DNA from: Eledone cirrhosa
Lineage: Eukaryota
Assembly (NCBI GenBank): GCA_964016885.1
Contig: OZ024744.1
Location: 109,616,001 to 109,680,000, forward strand
Length of the DNA: 64,000 nucleotides
Direction: 5' to 3'
In this document: positions 15,171 to 31,799 of the stretch, piece by piece
Position numbering within the stretch: the first letter of the stretch is position 1
How the letters are laid out: every line of letters starts with the position of its first letter
Translations under genes and position numbers: made by a program
The notes under the pieces: generated by a model
The model's input: only the letters and a program-made list of their open reading frames with translations
The model's database searches: none
What the model was told of the DNA's origin: nothing

Positions 15171-18100
15171 AACTAGAGAAATAATATCAGACTGAACCAA
15201 TAGAGGGAACTAGAGAAATAATATCAGACTGAACCAATAGAGGGAACTAGAGAAATAATATCAGACTGAACCAATACAGGGAACTAGAGAAATAATATCA
15301 GACTGCACAAATACAGGGAACTAGAGAAATAATATCAGACTGAACCAATACAGGGAACTAGAGAAATAATATCAGACTGAACCAATACAGGGAACTAGAG
15401 AAATAATATCAGACTGAACCAATACAGGGAACTAGAGAAATAATATCAGACTGAACCAATACAGGGAACTAGAGAAATAATATCAGACTGAACCAATACA
15501 GGGAACTTGAGAAATAATATCAGACTGAACCAATACAGGGAACTAGAGAAATAATATCAGACTGAACCAATACAGGGAACTAGAGAAATAATATCAGACT
15601 GAACCAATAGAGGGAACTAGAGAAATAATATCAGACTGAACCAATACAGGGAACTAGAGAAATAATATCAGACTGAACCAACAGAGGGAACTAGAGAAAT
15701 AATATCAGACTGAACCAATACAGGGAACTAGAGAAATAATATCAGGCTGAACCAATACAGGGAACTAGAGAAATAATATCAGACTGAACCAATACAGGGA
15801 ACTTGAGAAATAATATCAGACTGAACCAATATAGGGAACTAGAGAAAATATATCAGACTGAACCAATAGAGGGAACTAGAGAAATAATATCAGACTGGAC
15901 CAATACAGGGAACTAGAGAAATAATATCAGACTGAACCAATACAGGGGACTAGAGAAATAATATCAGACTGAACCAATACAGGGAACTTGAGAAATAATA
16001 TCAGACTGAACCAATAGAGGGAACTAGAGAAATAATATCAGACTGAACCAATACAGGGAACTAGAGAAATAATATCAGACTGAACCAATACAGGGAACTA
16101 GAGAAATAATATCAGACTGAACCAATAGAGGGAACTAGAGAAATAATATCAGACTGAACCAATATAGGGAACTAGAGAAATAATATTAGACTGAACCAAT
16201 ACAAGGAACTAGAGAAAAAATATCAGACTGAACCAATAGAGGGAACTAGAGAAATAATATCAGACTGAACCAATACAGGGAACTAGAGAATTAATATCAG
16301 ACTGAACCAATACAGGGAACTAGAGAAATAATATCAGACTGAACCAATACAGGGAACTAGAGAAATAATATCAGACTGAACCAACAGAGGGAACTAGAGA
16401 AATAATATCAGACTGAACCAATACAGGGAACTAGAGAAATAATATCAGACTGAACCAATACAGGGAACTAGAGAATTAATATCAGACTGAACCAATACAG
16501 GGAACTAGAGAAATAATATCAGACTGAACCAATACAGGGAACTAGAGAAATAATATCAGACTGAACCAATACAGGGAACTAGAGAAATAATATCAGACTG
16601 AACCAATAGAGGGAACTAGAGAAATAATATCAGACTGAACCAATACAGGGAACTAGAGAAATAATATCAGACTGAACCAATACAGGGAACTTGAGAAATA
16701 ATATCAGACTGAACAAATACAGGGAACTTGAGAAATAATATCAGACTGAACAAATACAGGGAACTTGAGAAATAATATCAGACTGAACCAATACAGGGAA
16801 CTAGAGAAATAATATCAGACTGAACAAATACAGGGAACTTGAGAAATAATATCAGACTGAACCAATACAGGGAACTAGAGAAATAATATCAGATTGAACA
16901 AATACAGGGAACTTGAGAAATAATATCAGACTGAACCAATACAGGGAACTAGAGAAATAATATCAGACTGAACCAATACAGGGAACTAGAGAAATAATAT
17001 CAGACTGAACCAATACAGGGAACTAGAGAAATAATATCAGACTGAACCAATACAGGGAACTAGAGAAATAATATCAGACTGAACCAATAGAGGGAACTAG
17101 AGAAATAATATCAGACTGAACCAATACAGTGAACTAGAGAAATAATATCAGACTGAACCAATACAGGGAAATAGAGAAATAATATCAGACTGAACCAATA
17201 CAGGGAACTAGAGAAATAATATCAGACTGAACCAATACAGGGAAATAGAGAAATAATATCAGACTGAACCAATACAGGGAACTAGAGAAATAATATCAGA
17301 CTGAACCAATAGAGGGAACTAGAGAAATAATATCAGACTGAACCAATACAGGGAACTAGAGAAATAATATCAGACTGAACCAATACAGGGAAATAGAGAA
17401 ATAATATCAGACTGAACCAATACAGGGAACTAGAGAAATAATATCAGACTGAACCAATACAGGGAAATAGAGAAATAATATCAGACTGAACCAATACAGG
17501 GAAATAGAGAAATAATATCAGACTGAACCAATACAGGGAACTAGAGAAATAATATCAGACTGAACCAATACAGGAAACTAGAGAAATAATATCAGACTGA
17601 ACCAATAGAGGGAACTAGAGAAATAATATCAGACTGAACCAATACAGTGAATTAGAGAAATAATATCAGACTGAACCAATAGAGGGAACTAGAGAAATAA
17701 TATCAGACTGAACCAATAGAGGGAACTAGAGAAATAATATCAGACTGAACCAATACAGTGAACAAGAGAAATAATATCAGACTGAACCAATAGAGGGAAC
17801 TAGAGAAATAATATCAGACTGAACCAATAGAGGGAACTAGAGAAATAATATCAGACTGAACCAATAGAGGGAACTAGAGAAATAATATCAGACTGCACAA
17901 ATACAGGGAACTAGAGAAATAATATCAGACTGAACCAATAGAGGGAACTAGAGAAATAATATCAGACTGAACCAATAGAGGGAACTAGAGAAATAATATC
18001 AGACTGAACCAATACAGGGAACTAGAGAAATAATATCAGACTGCACAAATACAGGGAACTAGAGAAATAATATCAGACTGAACCAATACAGGGAACTAGA

Positions 18101-21100
18101 GAAATAATATCAGACTGAACCAATACAGGGAACTAGAGAAATAATATCAGACTGAACCAATACAGGGAACTAGAGAAATAATATCAGACTGAACCAATAC
18201 AGGGAACTAGAGAAATAATATCAGACTGAACCAATACAGGGAACTTGAGAAATAATATCAGACTGAACCAATACAGGGAACTAGAGAAATAATATCAGAC
18301 TGAACCAATACAGGGAACTAGAGAAATAATATCAGACTGAACCAATAGAGGGAACTAGAGAAATAATATCAGAGTGAACCAATACAGGGAACTAGAGAAA
18401 TAATATCAGACTGAACCAACAGAGGGAACTAGAGAAATAATATCAGACTGAACCAATACAGGGAACTAGAGAAATAATATCAGACTGAACCAATACAGGG
18501 AACTAGAGAAATAATATCAGACTGAACCAATAGAGGGAACTAGAGAAATAATATCAGACTGAACCAATACAAGGAACTTGAGAAATAATATCAGACTGAA
18601 CCAATACAGGGAACTAGAGAAATAATATCAGACTGAACCAATACAGGGAACTAGAGAATTAATATCAGACTGAACCAATACAGGGAACTAGAGAAATAAT
18701 ATCAGACTGAACCAATACAGGGAACTAGAGAAATAATATCAGACTGAACAAATACAGGGAACTTAAGAAATAATATCAGACTGAACAAATACAGGGAACT
18801 TAAGAAATAATATCAGACTGAACAAATACAGGGAACTAGAGAAATAATATCAGACTGAACCAATACAGGGAACTTAAGAAATAATATCAAACTGAACAAA
18901 TACAGGGAACTTGAGAAATAATATCAGACTGAACAAATACAGGGAACTTGAGAAATAATATCAGACTGAACCAATACAGGGAACTAGAGAAATAATATCA
19001 GACTGAACAAATACAGGGAACTTGAGAAATAATATCATGCTGAACCAATACAGGGAACTAGAGATATAATATCAGACTGAACAAATACAGGGAACTTGAG
19101 AAGTAATATCAGACTGAACCAATACAGGGAACTAGAGAAATAATATCAGACTGAACAAATACAGGGAACTTGAGAAATAATATCAGACTGAACCAATACA
19201 GGGAACTAGAGAAATAATATCAGACTGAACAAATACAGGGAACTTGAGAAATAATATCAGACTGAACCAATAGAGGGAACTAGAGAAATAATATCAGACT
19301 GAACCAATAGAGGGAACTAGAGAAATAATATCAGACTGAACCAATACAGGGAACTAGAGAAATAATATCAGACTGAACCAATACAGGGAACTAGAGAAAT
19401 AATATCAGACTGAACCAATACAGGGAACTAGAGAAATAATATCAGACTGAACCAATAGAGGGAACTAGAGAAATAATATCAGACTGAACCAATACAGGGA
19501 ACTAGAGAAATAATATCAGACTGAACCAATACAGGGAAATAGAGAAATAATATCAGACTGAACCAATACAGGGAACTAGAGAAATAATATCAGACTGAAC
19601 CAATACAGGGAAATAGAGAAATAATATCAGACTGAACCAATACAGGGAAATAGAGAAATAATATCAGACTGAACCAATACAGGGAACTAGAGAAATAATA
19701 TCAGACTGAACCAATACAGGAAACTAGAGAAATAATATCAGACTGAACCAATAGAGGGAACTAGAGAAATAATATCAGACTGAACCAATACAGTGAATTA
19801 GAGAAATAATATCAGACTGAACCAATAGAGGGAACTAGAGAAATAATATCAGACTGAACCAATAGAGGGAACTAGAGAAATAATATCAGACTGAACCAAT
19901 AGAGGGAACTAGAGAAATAATATCAGACTGAACAAATAGAGGGAACTAGAGAAATAATATCAGACTGAACCAATAGAGGGAACTAGAGAAATAATATCAG
20001 ACTGAACCAATACAGTGAACTAGAGAAATAATATCAGACTGAACCAATAGAGGGAACTAGAGAAATAATATCAGACTGAACCAATACAGGGAACTAGAGA
20101 AATAATATCAGACTGAACCAATACAGGGAAATAGAGAAATAATATCAGACTGAACCAATACAGGGAACTAGAGAAATAATATCAGACTGAACCAATACAG
20201 GGAAATAGAGAAATAATATCAGACTGAACCAATACAGGGAAATAGAGAAATAATATCAGACTGAACCAATACAGGGAACTAGAGAAATAATATCAGACTG
20301 AACCAATACAGGAAACTAGAGAAATAATATCAGACTGAACCAATAGAGGGAACTAGAGAAATAATATCAGACTGAACCAATACAGTGAATTAGAGAAATA
20401 ATATCAGACTGAACCAATAGAGGGAACTAGAGAAATAATATCAGACTGAACCAATAGAGGGAACTAGAGAAATAATATCAGACTGAACCAATAGAGGGAA
20501 CTAGAGAAATAATATCAGACTGAACAAATAGAGGGAACTAGAGAAATAATATCAGACTGAACCAATAGAGGGAACTAGAGAAATAATATCAGACTGAACC
20601 AATACAGTGAACTAGAGAAATAATATCAGACTGAACCAATAGAGGGAACTAGAGAAATAATATCAGACTGAACCAATAGAGGGAACTTGAGAAATAATAT
20701 CAGACTGAACCAATAGAGGGAACTAGAGAAATAATATCAGACTGCACAAATACAGGGAACTAGAGAAATAATATCAGACTGAACCAATAGAGGGAACTAG
20801 AGAAATAATATCAGACTGAACCAATAGAGGGAACTAGAGAAATAATATCAGACTGAACCAATACAGGGAACTAGAGAAATAATATCAGACTGCACAAATA
20901 CAGGGAACTAGAGAAATAATATCAGACTGAACCAATACAGGGAACTAGAGAAATAATATCAGACTGAACCAATACAGGGAACTAGAGAAATAATATCAGA
21001 CTGAACCAATACAGGGAACTAGAGAAATAATATCAGACTGAACCAATACAGGGAACTAGAGAAATAATATCAGACTGAACCAATACAGGGAACTTGAGAA

Positions 21101-24100
21101 ATAATATCAGACTGAACCAATACAGGGAACTAGAGAAATAATATCAGACTGAACCAATACAGGGAACTAGAGAAATAATATCAGACTGAACCAATAGAGG
21201 GAACTAGAGAAATAATATCAGACTGAACCAATACAGGGAACTAGAGAAATAATATCAGACTGAACCAACAGAGGGAACTAGAGAAATAATATCAGACTGA
21301 ACCAATACAGGGAACTAGAGAAATAATATCAGGCTGAACCAATACAGGGAACTAGAGAAATAATATCAGACTGAACCAATACAGGGAACTTGAGAAATAA
21401 TATCAGACTGAACCAATATAGGGAACTAGAGAAAATATATCAGACTGAACCAATAGAGGGAACTAGAGAAATAATATCAGACTGGACCAATACAGGGAAC
21501 TAGAGAAATAATATCAGACTGAACCAATACAGGGGACTAGAGAAATAATATCAGACTGAACCAATACAGGGAACTTGAGAAATAATATCAGACTGAACCA
21601 ATAGAGGGAACTAGAGAAATAATATCAGACTGAACCAATACAGGGAACTAGAGAAATAATATCAGACTGAACCAATACAGGGAACTAGAGAAATAATATC
21701 AGACTGAACCAATAGAGGGAACTAGAGAAATAATATCAGACTGAACCAATATAGGGAACTAGAGAAATAATATTAGACTGAACCAATACAAGGAACTAGA
21801 GAAAAAATATCAGACTGAACCAATAGAGGGAACTAGAGAAATAATATCAGACTGAACCAATACAGGGAACTAGAGAATTAATATCAGACTGAACCAATAC
21901 AGGGAACTAGAGAAATAATATCAGACTGAACCAATACAGGGAACTAGAGAAATAATATCAGACTGAACCAACAGAGGGAACTAGAGAAATAATATCAGAC
22001 TGAACCAATACAGGGAACTAGAGAAATAATATCAGACTGAACCAATACAGGGAACTAGAGAATTAATATCAGACTGAACCAATACAGGGAACTAGAGAAA
22101 TAATATCAGACTGAACCAATACAGGGAACTAGAGAAATAATATCAGACTGAACCAATACAGGGAACTAGAGAAATAATATCAGACTGAACCAATAGAGGG
22201 AACTAGAGAAATAATATCAGACTGAACCAATACAGGGAACTAGAGAAATAATATCAGACTGAACCAATACAGGGAACTTGAGAAATAATATCAGACTGAA
22301 CAAATACAGGGAACTTGAGAAATAATATCAGACTGAACAAATACAGGGAACTTGAGAAATAATATCAGACTGAACCAATACAGGGAACTAGAGAAATAAT
22401 ATCAGACTGAACAAATACAGGGAACTTGAGAAATAATATCAGACTGAACCAATACAGGGAACTAGAGAAATAATATCAGATTGAACAAATACAGGGAACT
22501 TGAGAAATAATATCAGACTGAACCAATACAGGGAACTAGAGAAATAATATCAGACTGAACCAATACAGGGAACTAGAGAAATAATATCAGACTGAACCAA
22601 TACAGGGAACTAGAGAAATAATATCAGACTGAACCAATACAGGGAACTAGAGAAATAATATCAGACTGAACCAATAGAGGGAACTAGAGAAATAATATCA
22701 GACTGAACCAATACAGTGAACTAGAGAAATAATATCAGACTGAACCAATACAGGGAAATAGAGAAATAATATCAGACTGAACCAATACAGGGAACTAGAG
22801 AAATAATATCAGACTGAACCAATACAGGGAAATAGAGAAATAATATCAGACTGAACCAATACAGGGAACTAGAGAAATAATATCAGACTGAACCAATAGA
22901 GGGAACTAGAGAAATAATATCAGACTGAACCAATACAGGGAACTAGAGAAATAATATCAGACTGAACCAATACAGGGAAATAGAGAAATAATATCAGACT
23001 GAACCAATACAGGGAACTAGAGAAATAATATCAGACTGAACCAATACAGGGAAATAGAGAAATAATATCAGACTGAACCAATACAGGGAAATAGAGAAAT
23101 AATATCAGACTGAACCAATACAGGGAACTAGAGAAATAATATCAGACTGAACCAATACAGGAAACTAGAGAAATAATATCAGACTGAACCAATAGAGGGA
23201 ACTAGAGAAATAATATCAGACTGAACCAATACAGTGAATTAGAGAAATAATATCAGACTGAACCAATAGAGGGAACTAGAGAAATAATATCAGACTGAAC
23301 CAATAGAGGGAACTAGAGAAATAATATCAGACTGAACCAATACAGTGAACAAGAGAAATAATATCAGACTGAACCAATAGAGGGAACTAGAGAAATAATA
23401 TCAGACTGAACCAATAGAGGGAACTAGAGAAATAATATCAGACTGAACCAATAGAGGGAACTAGAGAAATAATATCAGACTGAACCAATACAGGGAACTA
23501 GAGAAATAATATCAGACTGCACAAATACAGGGAACTAGAGAAATAATATCAGACTGAACCAATACAGGGAACTAGAGAAATAATATCAGACTGAACCAAT
23601 ACAGGGAACTAGAGAAATAATATCAGACTGAACCAATACAGGGAACTAGAGAAATAATATCAGACTGAACCAATACAGGGAACTAGAGAAATAATATCAG
23701 ACTGAACCAATACAGGGAACTTGAGAAATAATATCAGACTGAACCAATACAGGGAACTAGAGAAATAATATCAGACTGAACCAATACAGGGAACTAGAGA
23801 AATAATATCAGACTGAACCAATAGAGGGAACTAGAGAAATAATATCAGAGTGAACCAATACAGGGAACTAGAGAAATAATATCAGACTGAACCAACAGAG
23901 GGAACTAGAGAAATAATATCAGACTGAACCAATACAGGGAACTAGAGAAATAATATCAGACTGAACCAATACAGGGAACTAGAGAAATAATATCAGACTG
24001 AACCAATAGAGGGAACTAGAGAAATAATATCAGACTGAACCAATACAAGGAACTTGAGAAATAATATCAGACTGAACCAATACAGGGAACTAGAGAAATA

Positions 24101-27100
24101 ATATCAGACTGAACCAATACAGGGAACTAGAGAATTAATATCAGACTGAACCAATACAGGGAACTAGAGAAATAATATCAGACTGAACCAATACAGGGAA
24201 CTAGAGAAATAATATCAGACTGAACAAATACAGGGAACTTAAGAAATAATATCAGACTGAACAAATACAGGGAACTTAAGAAATAATATCAGACTGAACA
24301 AATACAGGGAACTAGAGAAATAATATCAGACTGAACCAATACAGGGAACTTAAGAAATAATATCAAACTGAACAAATACAGGGAACTTGAGAAATAATAT
24401 CAGACTGAACAAATACAGGGAACTTGAGAAATAATATCAGACTGAACCAATACAGGGAACTAGAGAAATAATATCAGACTGAACAAATACAGGGAACTTG
24501 AGAAATAATATCATGCTGAACCAATACAGGGAACTAGAGAAATAATATCAGACTGAACAAATACAGGGAACTTGAGAAGTAATATCAGACTGAACCAATA
24601 CAGGGAACTAGAGAAATAATATCAGACTGAACAAATACAGGGAACTTGAGAAATAATATCAGACTGAACCAATACAGGGAACTAGAGAAATAATATCAGA
24701 CTGAACAAATACAGGGAACTTGAGAAATAATATCAGACTGAACCAATAGAGGGAACTAGAGAAATAATATCAGACTGAACCAATAGAGGGAACTAGAGAA
24801 ATAATATCAGACTGAACCAATACAGGGAACTAGAGAAATAATATCAGACTGAACCAATACAGGGAACTAGAGAAATAATATCAGACTGAACCAATACAGG
24901 GAACTAGAGAAATAATATCAGACTGAACCAATAGAGGGAACTAGAGAAATAATATCAGACTGAACCAATACAGGGAACTAGAGAAATAATATCAGACTGA
25001 ACCAATACAGGGAAATAGAGAAATAATATCAGACTGAACCAATACAGGGAACTAGAGAAATAATATCAGACTGAACCAATACAGGGAAATAGAGAAATAA
25101 TATCAGACTGAACCAATACAGGGAAATAGAGAAATAATATCAGACTGAACCAATACAGGGAACTAGAGAAATAATATCAGACTGAACCAATACAGGAAAC
25201 TAGAGAAATAATATCAGACTGAACCAATAGAGGGAACTAGAGAAATAATATCAGACTGAACCAATACAGTGAATTAGAGAAATAATATCAGACTGAACCA
25301 ATAGAGGGAACTAGAGAAATAATATCAGACTGAACCAATAGAGGGAACTAGAGAAATAATATCAGACTGAACCAATAGAGGGAACTAGAGAAATAATATC
25401 AGACTGAACAAATAGAGGGAACTAGAGAAATAATATCAGACTGAACCAATAGAGGGAACTAGAGAAATAATATCAGACTGAACCAATACAGTGAACTAGA
25501 GAAATAATATCAGACTGAACCAATAGAGGGAACTAGAGAAATAATATCAGACTGAACCAATAGAGGGAACTTGAGAAATAATATCAGACTGAACCAATAG
25601 AGGGAACTAGAGAAATAATATCAGACTGCACAAATACAGGGAACTAGAGAAATAATATCAGACTGAACCAATAGAGGGAACTAGAGAAATAATATCAGAC
25701 TGAACCAATAGAGGGAACTAGAGAAATAATATCAGACTGAACCAATACAGGGAACTAGAGAAATAATATCAGACTGCACAAATACAGGGAACTAGAGAAA
25801 TAATATCAGACTGAACCAATACAGGGAACTAGAGAAATAATATCAGACTGAACCAATACAGGGAACTAGAGAAATAATATCAGACTGAACCAATACAGGG
25901 AACTAGAGAAATAATATCAGACTGAACCAATACAGGGAACTAGAGAAATAATATCAGACTGAACCAATACAGGGAACTTGAGAAATAATATCAGACTGAA
26001 CCAATACAGGGAACTAGAGAAATAATATCAGACTGAACCAATACAGGGAACTAGAGAAATAATATCAGACTGAACCAATAGAGGGAACTAGAGAAATAAT
26101 ATCAGACTGAACCAATACAGGGAACTAGAGAAATAATATCAGACTGAACCAACAGAGGGAACTAGAGAAATAATATCAGACTGAACCAATACAGGGAACT
26201 AGAGAAATAATATCAGGCTGAACCAATACAGGGAACTAGAGAAATAATATCAGACTGAACCAATACAGGGAACTTGAGAAATAATATCAGACTGAACCAA
26301 TATAGGGAACTAGAGAAAATATATCAGACTGAACCAATAGAGGGAACTAGAGAAATAATATCAGACTGGACCAATACAGGGAACTAGAGAAATAATATCA
26401 GACTGAACCAATACAGGGGACTAGAGAAATAATATCAGACTGAACCAATACAGGGAACTTGAGAAATAATATCAGACTGAACCAATAGAGGGAACTAGAG
26501 AAATAATATCAGACTGAACCAATACAGGGAACTAGAGAAATAATATCAGACTGAACCAATACAGGGAACTAGAGAAATAATATCAGACTGAACCAATAGA
26601 GGGAACTAGAGAAATAATATCAGACTGAACCAATATAGGGAACTAGAGAAATAATATTAGACTGAACCAATACAAGGAACTAGAGAAAAAATATCAGACT
26701 GAACCAATAGAGGGAACTAGAGAAATAATATCAGACTGAACCAATACAGGGAACTAGAGAATTAATATCAGACTGAACCAATACAGGGAACTAGAGAAAT
26801 AATATCAGACTGAACCAATACAGGGAACTAGAGAAATAATATCAGACTGAACCAACAGAGGGAACTAGAGAAATAATATCAGACTGAACCAATACAGGGA
26901 ACTAGAGAAATAATATCAGACTGAACCAATACAGGGAACTAGAGAATTAATATCAGACTGAACCAATACAGGGAACTAGAGAAATAATATCAGACTGAAC
27001 CAATACAGGGAACTAGAGAAATAATATCAGACTGAACCAATACAGGGAACTAGAGAAATAATATCAGACTGAACCAATAGAGGGAACTAGAGAAATAATA

Positions 27101-29200
27101 TCAGACTGAACCAATACAGGGAACTAGAGAAATAATATCAGACTGAACCAATACAGGGAACTTGAGAAATAATATCAGACTGAACAAATACAGGGAACTT
27201 GAGAAATAATATCAGACTGAACAAATACAGGGAACTTGAGAAATAATATCAGACTGAACCAATACAGGGAACTAGAGAAATAATATCAGACTGAACAAAT
27301 ACAGGGAACTTGAGAAATAATATCAGACTGAACCAATACAGGGAACTAGAGAAATAATATCAGATTGAACAAATACAGGGAACTTGAGAAATAATATCAG
27401 ACTGAACCAATACAGGGAACTAGAGAAATAATATCAGACTGAACCAATACAGGGAACTAGAGAAATAATATCAGACTGAACCAATACAGGGAACTAGAGA
27501 AATAATATCAGACTGAACCAATACAGGGAACTAGAGAAATAATATCAGACTGAACCAATAGAGGGAACTAGAGAAATAATATCAGACTGAACCAATAGAG
27601 GGAACTAGAGAAATAATATCAGACTGAACCAATACAGGGAAATAGAGAAATAATATCAGACTGAACCAATACAGGGAACTAGAGAAATAATATCAGACTG
27701 AACCAATACAGGGAAATAGAGAAATAATATCAGACTGAACCAATACAGGGAACTAGAGAAATAATATCAGACTGAACCAATAGAGGGAACTAGAGAAATA
27801 ATATCAGACTGAACCAATACAGGGAACTAGAGAAATAATATCAGACTGAACCAATACAGGGAAATAGAGAAATAATATCAGACTGAACCAATACAGGGAA
27901 CTAGAGAAATAATATCAGACTGAACCAATACAGGGAAATAGAGAAATAATATCAGACTGAACCAATACAGGGAAATAGAGAAATAATATCAGACTGAACC
28001 AATACAGGGAACTAGAGAAATAATATCAGACTGAACCAATACAGGAAACTAGAGAAATAATATCAGACTGAACCAATAGAGGGAACTAGAGAAATAATAT
28101 CAGACTGAACCAATACAGTGAATTAGAGAAATAATATCAGACTGAACCAATAGAGGGAACTAGAGAAATAATATCAGACTGAACCAATAGAGGGAACTAG
28201 AGAAATAATATCAGACTGAACCAATACAGTGAACAAGAGAAATAATATCAGACTGAACCAATAGAGGGAACTAGAGAAATAATATCAGACTGAACCAATA
28301 GAGGGAACTAGAGAAATAATATCAGACTGAACCAATAGAGGGAACTAGAGAAATAATATCAGACTGCACAAATACAGGGAACTAGAGAAATAATATCAGA
28401 CTGAACCAATAGAGGGAACTAGAGAAATAATATCAGACTGAACCAATAGAGGGAACTAGAGAAATAATATCAGACTGAACCAATACAGGGAACTAGAGAA
28501 ATAATATCAGACTGCACAAATACAGGGAACTAGAGAAATAATATCAGACTGAACCAATACAGGGAACTAGAGAAATAATATCAGACTGAACCAATACAGG
28601 GAACTAGAGAAATAATATCAGACTGAACCAATACAGGGAACTAGAGAAATAATATCAGACTGAACCAATACAGGGAACTAGAGAAATAATATCAGACTGA
28701 ACCAATACAGGGAACTTGAGAAATAATATCAGACTGAACCAATACAGGGAACTAGAGAAATAATATCAGACTGAACCAATACAGGGAACTAGAGAAATAA
28801 TATCAGACTGAACCAATAGAGGGAACTAGAGAAATAATATCAGAGTGAACCAATACAGGGAACTAGAGAAATAATATCAGACTGAACCAACAGAGGGAAC
28901 TAGAGAAATAATATCAGACTGAACCAATACAGGGAACTAGAGAAATAATATCAGACTGAACCAATACAGGGAACTAGAGAAATAATATCAGACTGAACCA
29001 ATAGAGGGAACTAGAGAAATAATATCAGACTGAACCAATACAAGGAACTTGAGAAATAATATCAGACTGAACCAATACAGGGAACTAGAGAAATAATATC
29101 AGACTGAACCAATACAGGGAACTAGAGAATTAATATCAGACTGAACCAATACAGGGAACTAGAGAAATAATATCAGACTGAACCAATACAGGGAACTAGA
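13740..29200. repeat. Three tandem copies of a ~135-monomer higher-order unit (4,995 bp; middle copy 148 monomers)
   Basis: CATGCTG at 14041/19036/24512, CTGGAC at 15895/21482/26366, AGAGTGAACC at 18371/23847/28842. Spacings are 4,995 (135 x 37), 5,476 (148 x 37), 5,587 (151 x 37) and 4,884 (132 x 37). Confidence 0.9.
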
Positions 29201-31799
29201 GAAATAATATCAGACTGAACCAATACAGGGAACTAGAGAAATAATATCAGACTGAACCAATACAGGGAACTAGAGAAATAATATCAGACTGAACAAATAG
29301 AGGGAACTAGAGAAATAATATCAGACTGAACCAATACAAGGAACTAGAGAAATAATATCAGACTGAACCAATAGAGGGAACTAGAGAAATAATATCAGAC
29401 TGAACCAATACAGGGAACTAGAGAAATAATATCAGACTGAACCAATACAGGGAACTTGAGAAATAATATCAGACTGAACAAATACAGGGAACTTGAGAAA
29501 TAATATCAGACTGAACCAATACAGGGAACTAGAGAAATAATATCAGACTGAACAAATACAGGGAACTTGAGAAATAATATCAGACTGAACCAATACAGGG
29601 AACTAGAGAAATAATATCAGACTGAACAAATACAGGGAACTTGAGAAATAATATCAGACTGAACCAATACAGGGAACTAGAGAAATAATATCAGACTGAA
29701 CAAATACAGGGAACTTGAGAAATAATATCAGACTGAACCAATACAGGGAACTAGAGAAATAATATCAGACTGAACAAATACAGGGAACTAGAGAAATAAT
29801 ATCAGACTGAACCAATACAGGGAACTAGAGAAATATTATCAGACTGAACCAATACAGGGAACTAGAGAAATAATTTCAGACTGAACCAATAGAGGGGACT
29901 AGAGAAATAATATCAGACTGAACCAATACAGGGAACTAGAGAAAAAATATCAGACTGAACAAATACAGGGAACTAGAGAAATAATATCAGACTGAACCAA
30001 TACAGGGAACTAGAGAAATAATATCAGACTGAACCAATACAGGGAACTAGAGAAATAATATCAGACTGAACCAATACAGGGAACTTGAGAAATAATATCA
30101 GACTGAACCAATAGAGGGAACTAGAGAAATAATATCAGACTGAACAAATACAGGGAACTAGAGAAATAATATCAGACTGAACCAATACAGTGAACTAGAG
30201 AAATAATATCAGACTGAACCAATACAGGGAACTAGAGAAATAATATCAGACTGAACCAATACAGGGAACTAGAGAAATAATATCAGACTGAACCAATACA
30301 GGGAACTAGAGAAATAATATCAGACTGAACCAATACAGGGAACTAGAGAAATAATATCAGACTGAACCAATAGAGGGAACTAGAGAAATAATATCAGGCT
30401 GAACCAACAGAGGGAACTAGAGAAATAATATCAGACTGAACCAATACAGGGAACTAGAGAAATAATATCAGACTGAACCAATAGAGGGAACTAGAGAAAT
30501 AATATCAGACTGAACCAACAGAGGGAACTAGAGAAATAATATCAGACTGAACCAATACAGGGAACTAGAGAAATAATATCAGACTGAACCAATACAGGGA
30601 ACTAGAGAAATAATATCAGACTGAACAAATACAGGGAACTAGAGAAATAATATCAGACTGAACCAATACAGGGAACTAGAGAAATAATATCAGACTGAAC
30701 CAATACAAGGAACTAGAGAAATAATATCATACTGAACCAATAGAGGGAACTAGAGAAATAATATCAGACTGAACCAATACAGGGAACTAGAGAAATAATA
30801 TCACACTGAACCAATACAGGGAACTAGAGAAATAATATCAGGCTGAACCAATACAGGGAACTAGAGAAATAATATCAGACTGAACAAATAGAGGGAACTT
30901 GAGAAATAATATCAGACTGAACCAATACAGGGAACTTGAGAAATAATATCAGACTGAACCAATATAGGGAACTAGAGAAAATATATCAGACTGAACCAAT
31001 AGAGGGAACTAGAGAAATAATATCAGACTGAACCAATAGAGGGAACTAGAGAAATAATATCAGACTGAACCAATATAGGGAACTAGAGAAATAATATTAG
31101 ACTGAACCAATACAAGGAACTAGAGAAAAAATATCAGACTGAACCAATAGAGGGAACTAGAGAAATAATATCAGACTGAACCAATACAGGGAACTAGAGA
31201 ATTAATATCAGACTGAACCAATACAGGGAACTAGAGAAATAATATCAGACTGAACCGATACAGGGAACTAGAGAAATAATATCAGACTGAACCAACAGAG
31301 GGAACTAGAGAAATAATATCAGACTGAACAAATACAGGGAACTTGAGAAATAATATCAGACTGAACAAATACAGGGAACTAGAGAAATAATATCAGACTG
31401 AACAAATACAGGGAACTTGAGAAATAATATCAGACTGAACAAATACAGGGAACTTAAGAAATAATATCAGACTGAACAAATACAGGGAACTTAAGAAATA
31501 ATATCAGACTGAACAAATACAGGGAACTAGAGAAATAATATCAGACTGAACCAATACAGGGAACTTAAGAAATAATATCAAACTGAACAAATACAGGGAA
31601 CTTGAGAAATAATATCAGACTGAACAAATACAGGGAACTTGAGAAATAATATCAGACTGAACCAATACAGGGAACTAGAGAAATAACATCAGACTGAACA
31701 AATACAGGGAACTTGAGAAATAATATCAGACTGAACCAATACAGGGAACTAGAGAAATAATATCAGACTGAACAAATACAGGGAACTTGAGAAATAATA

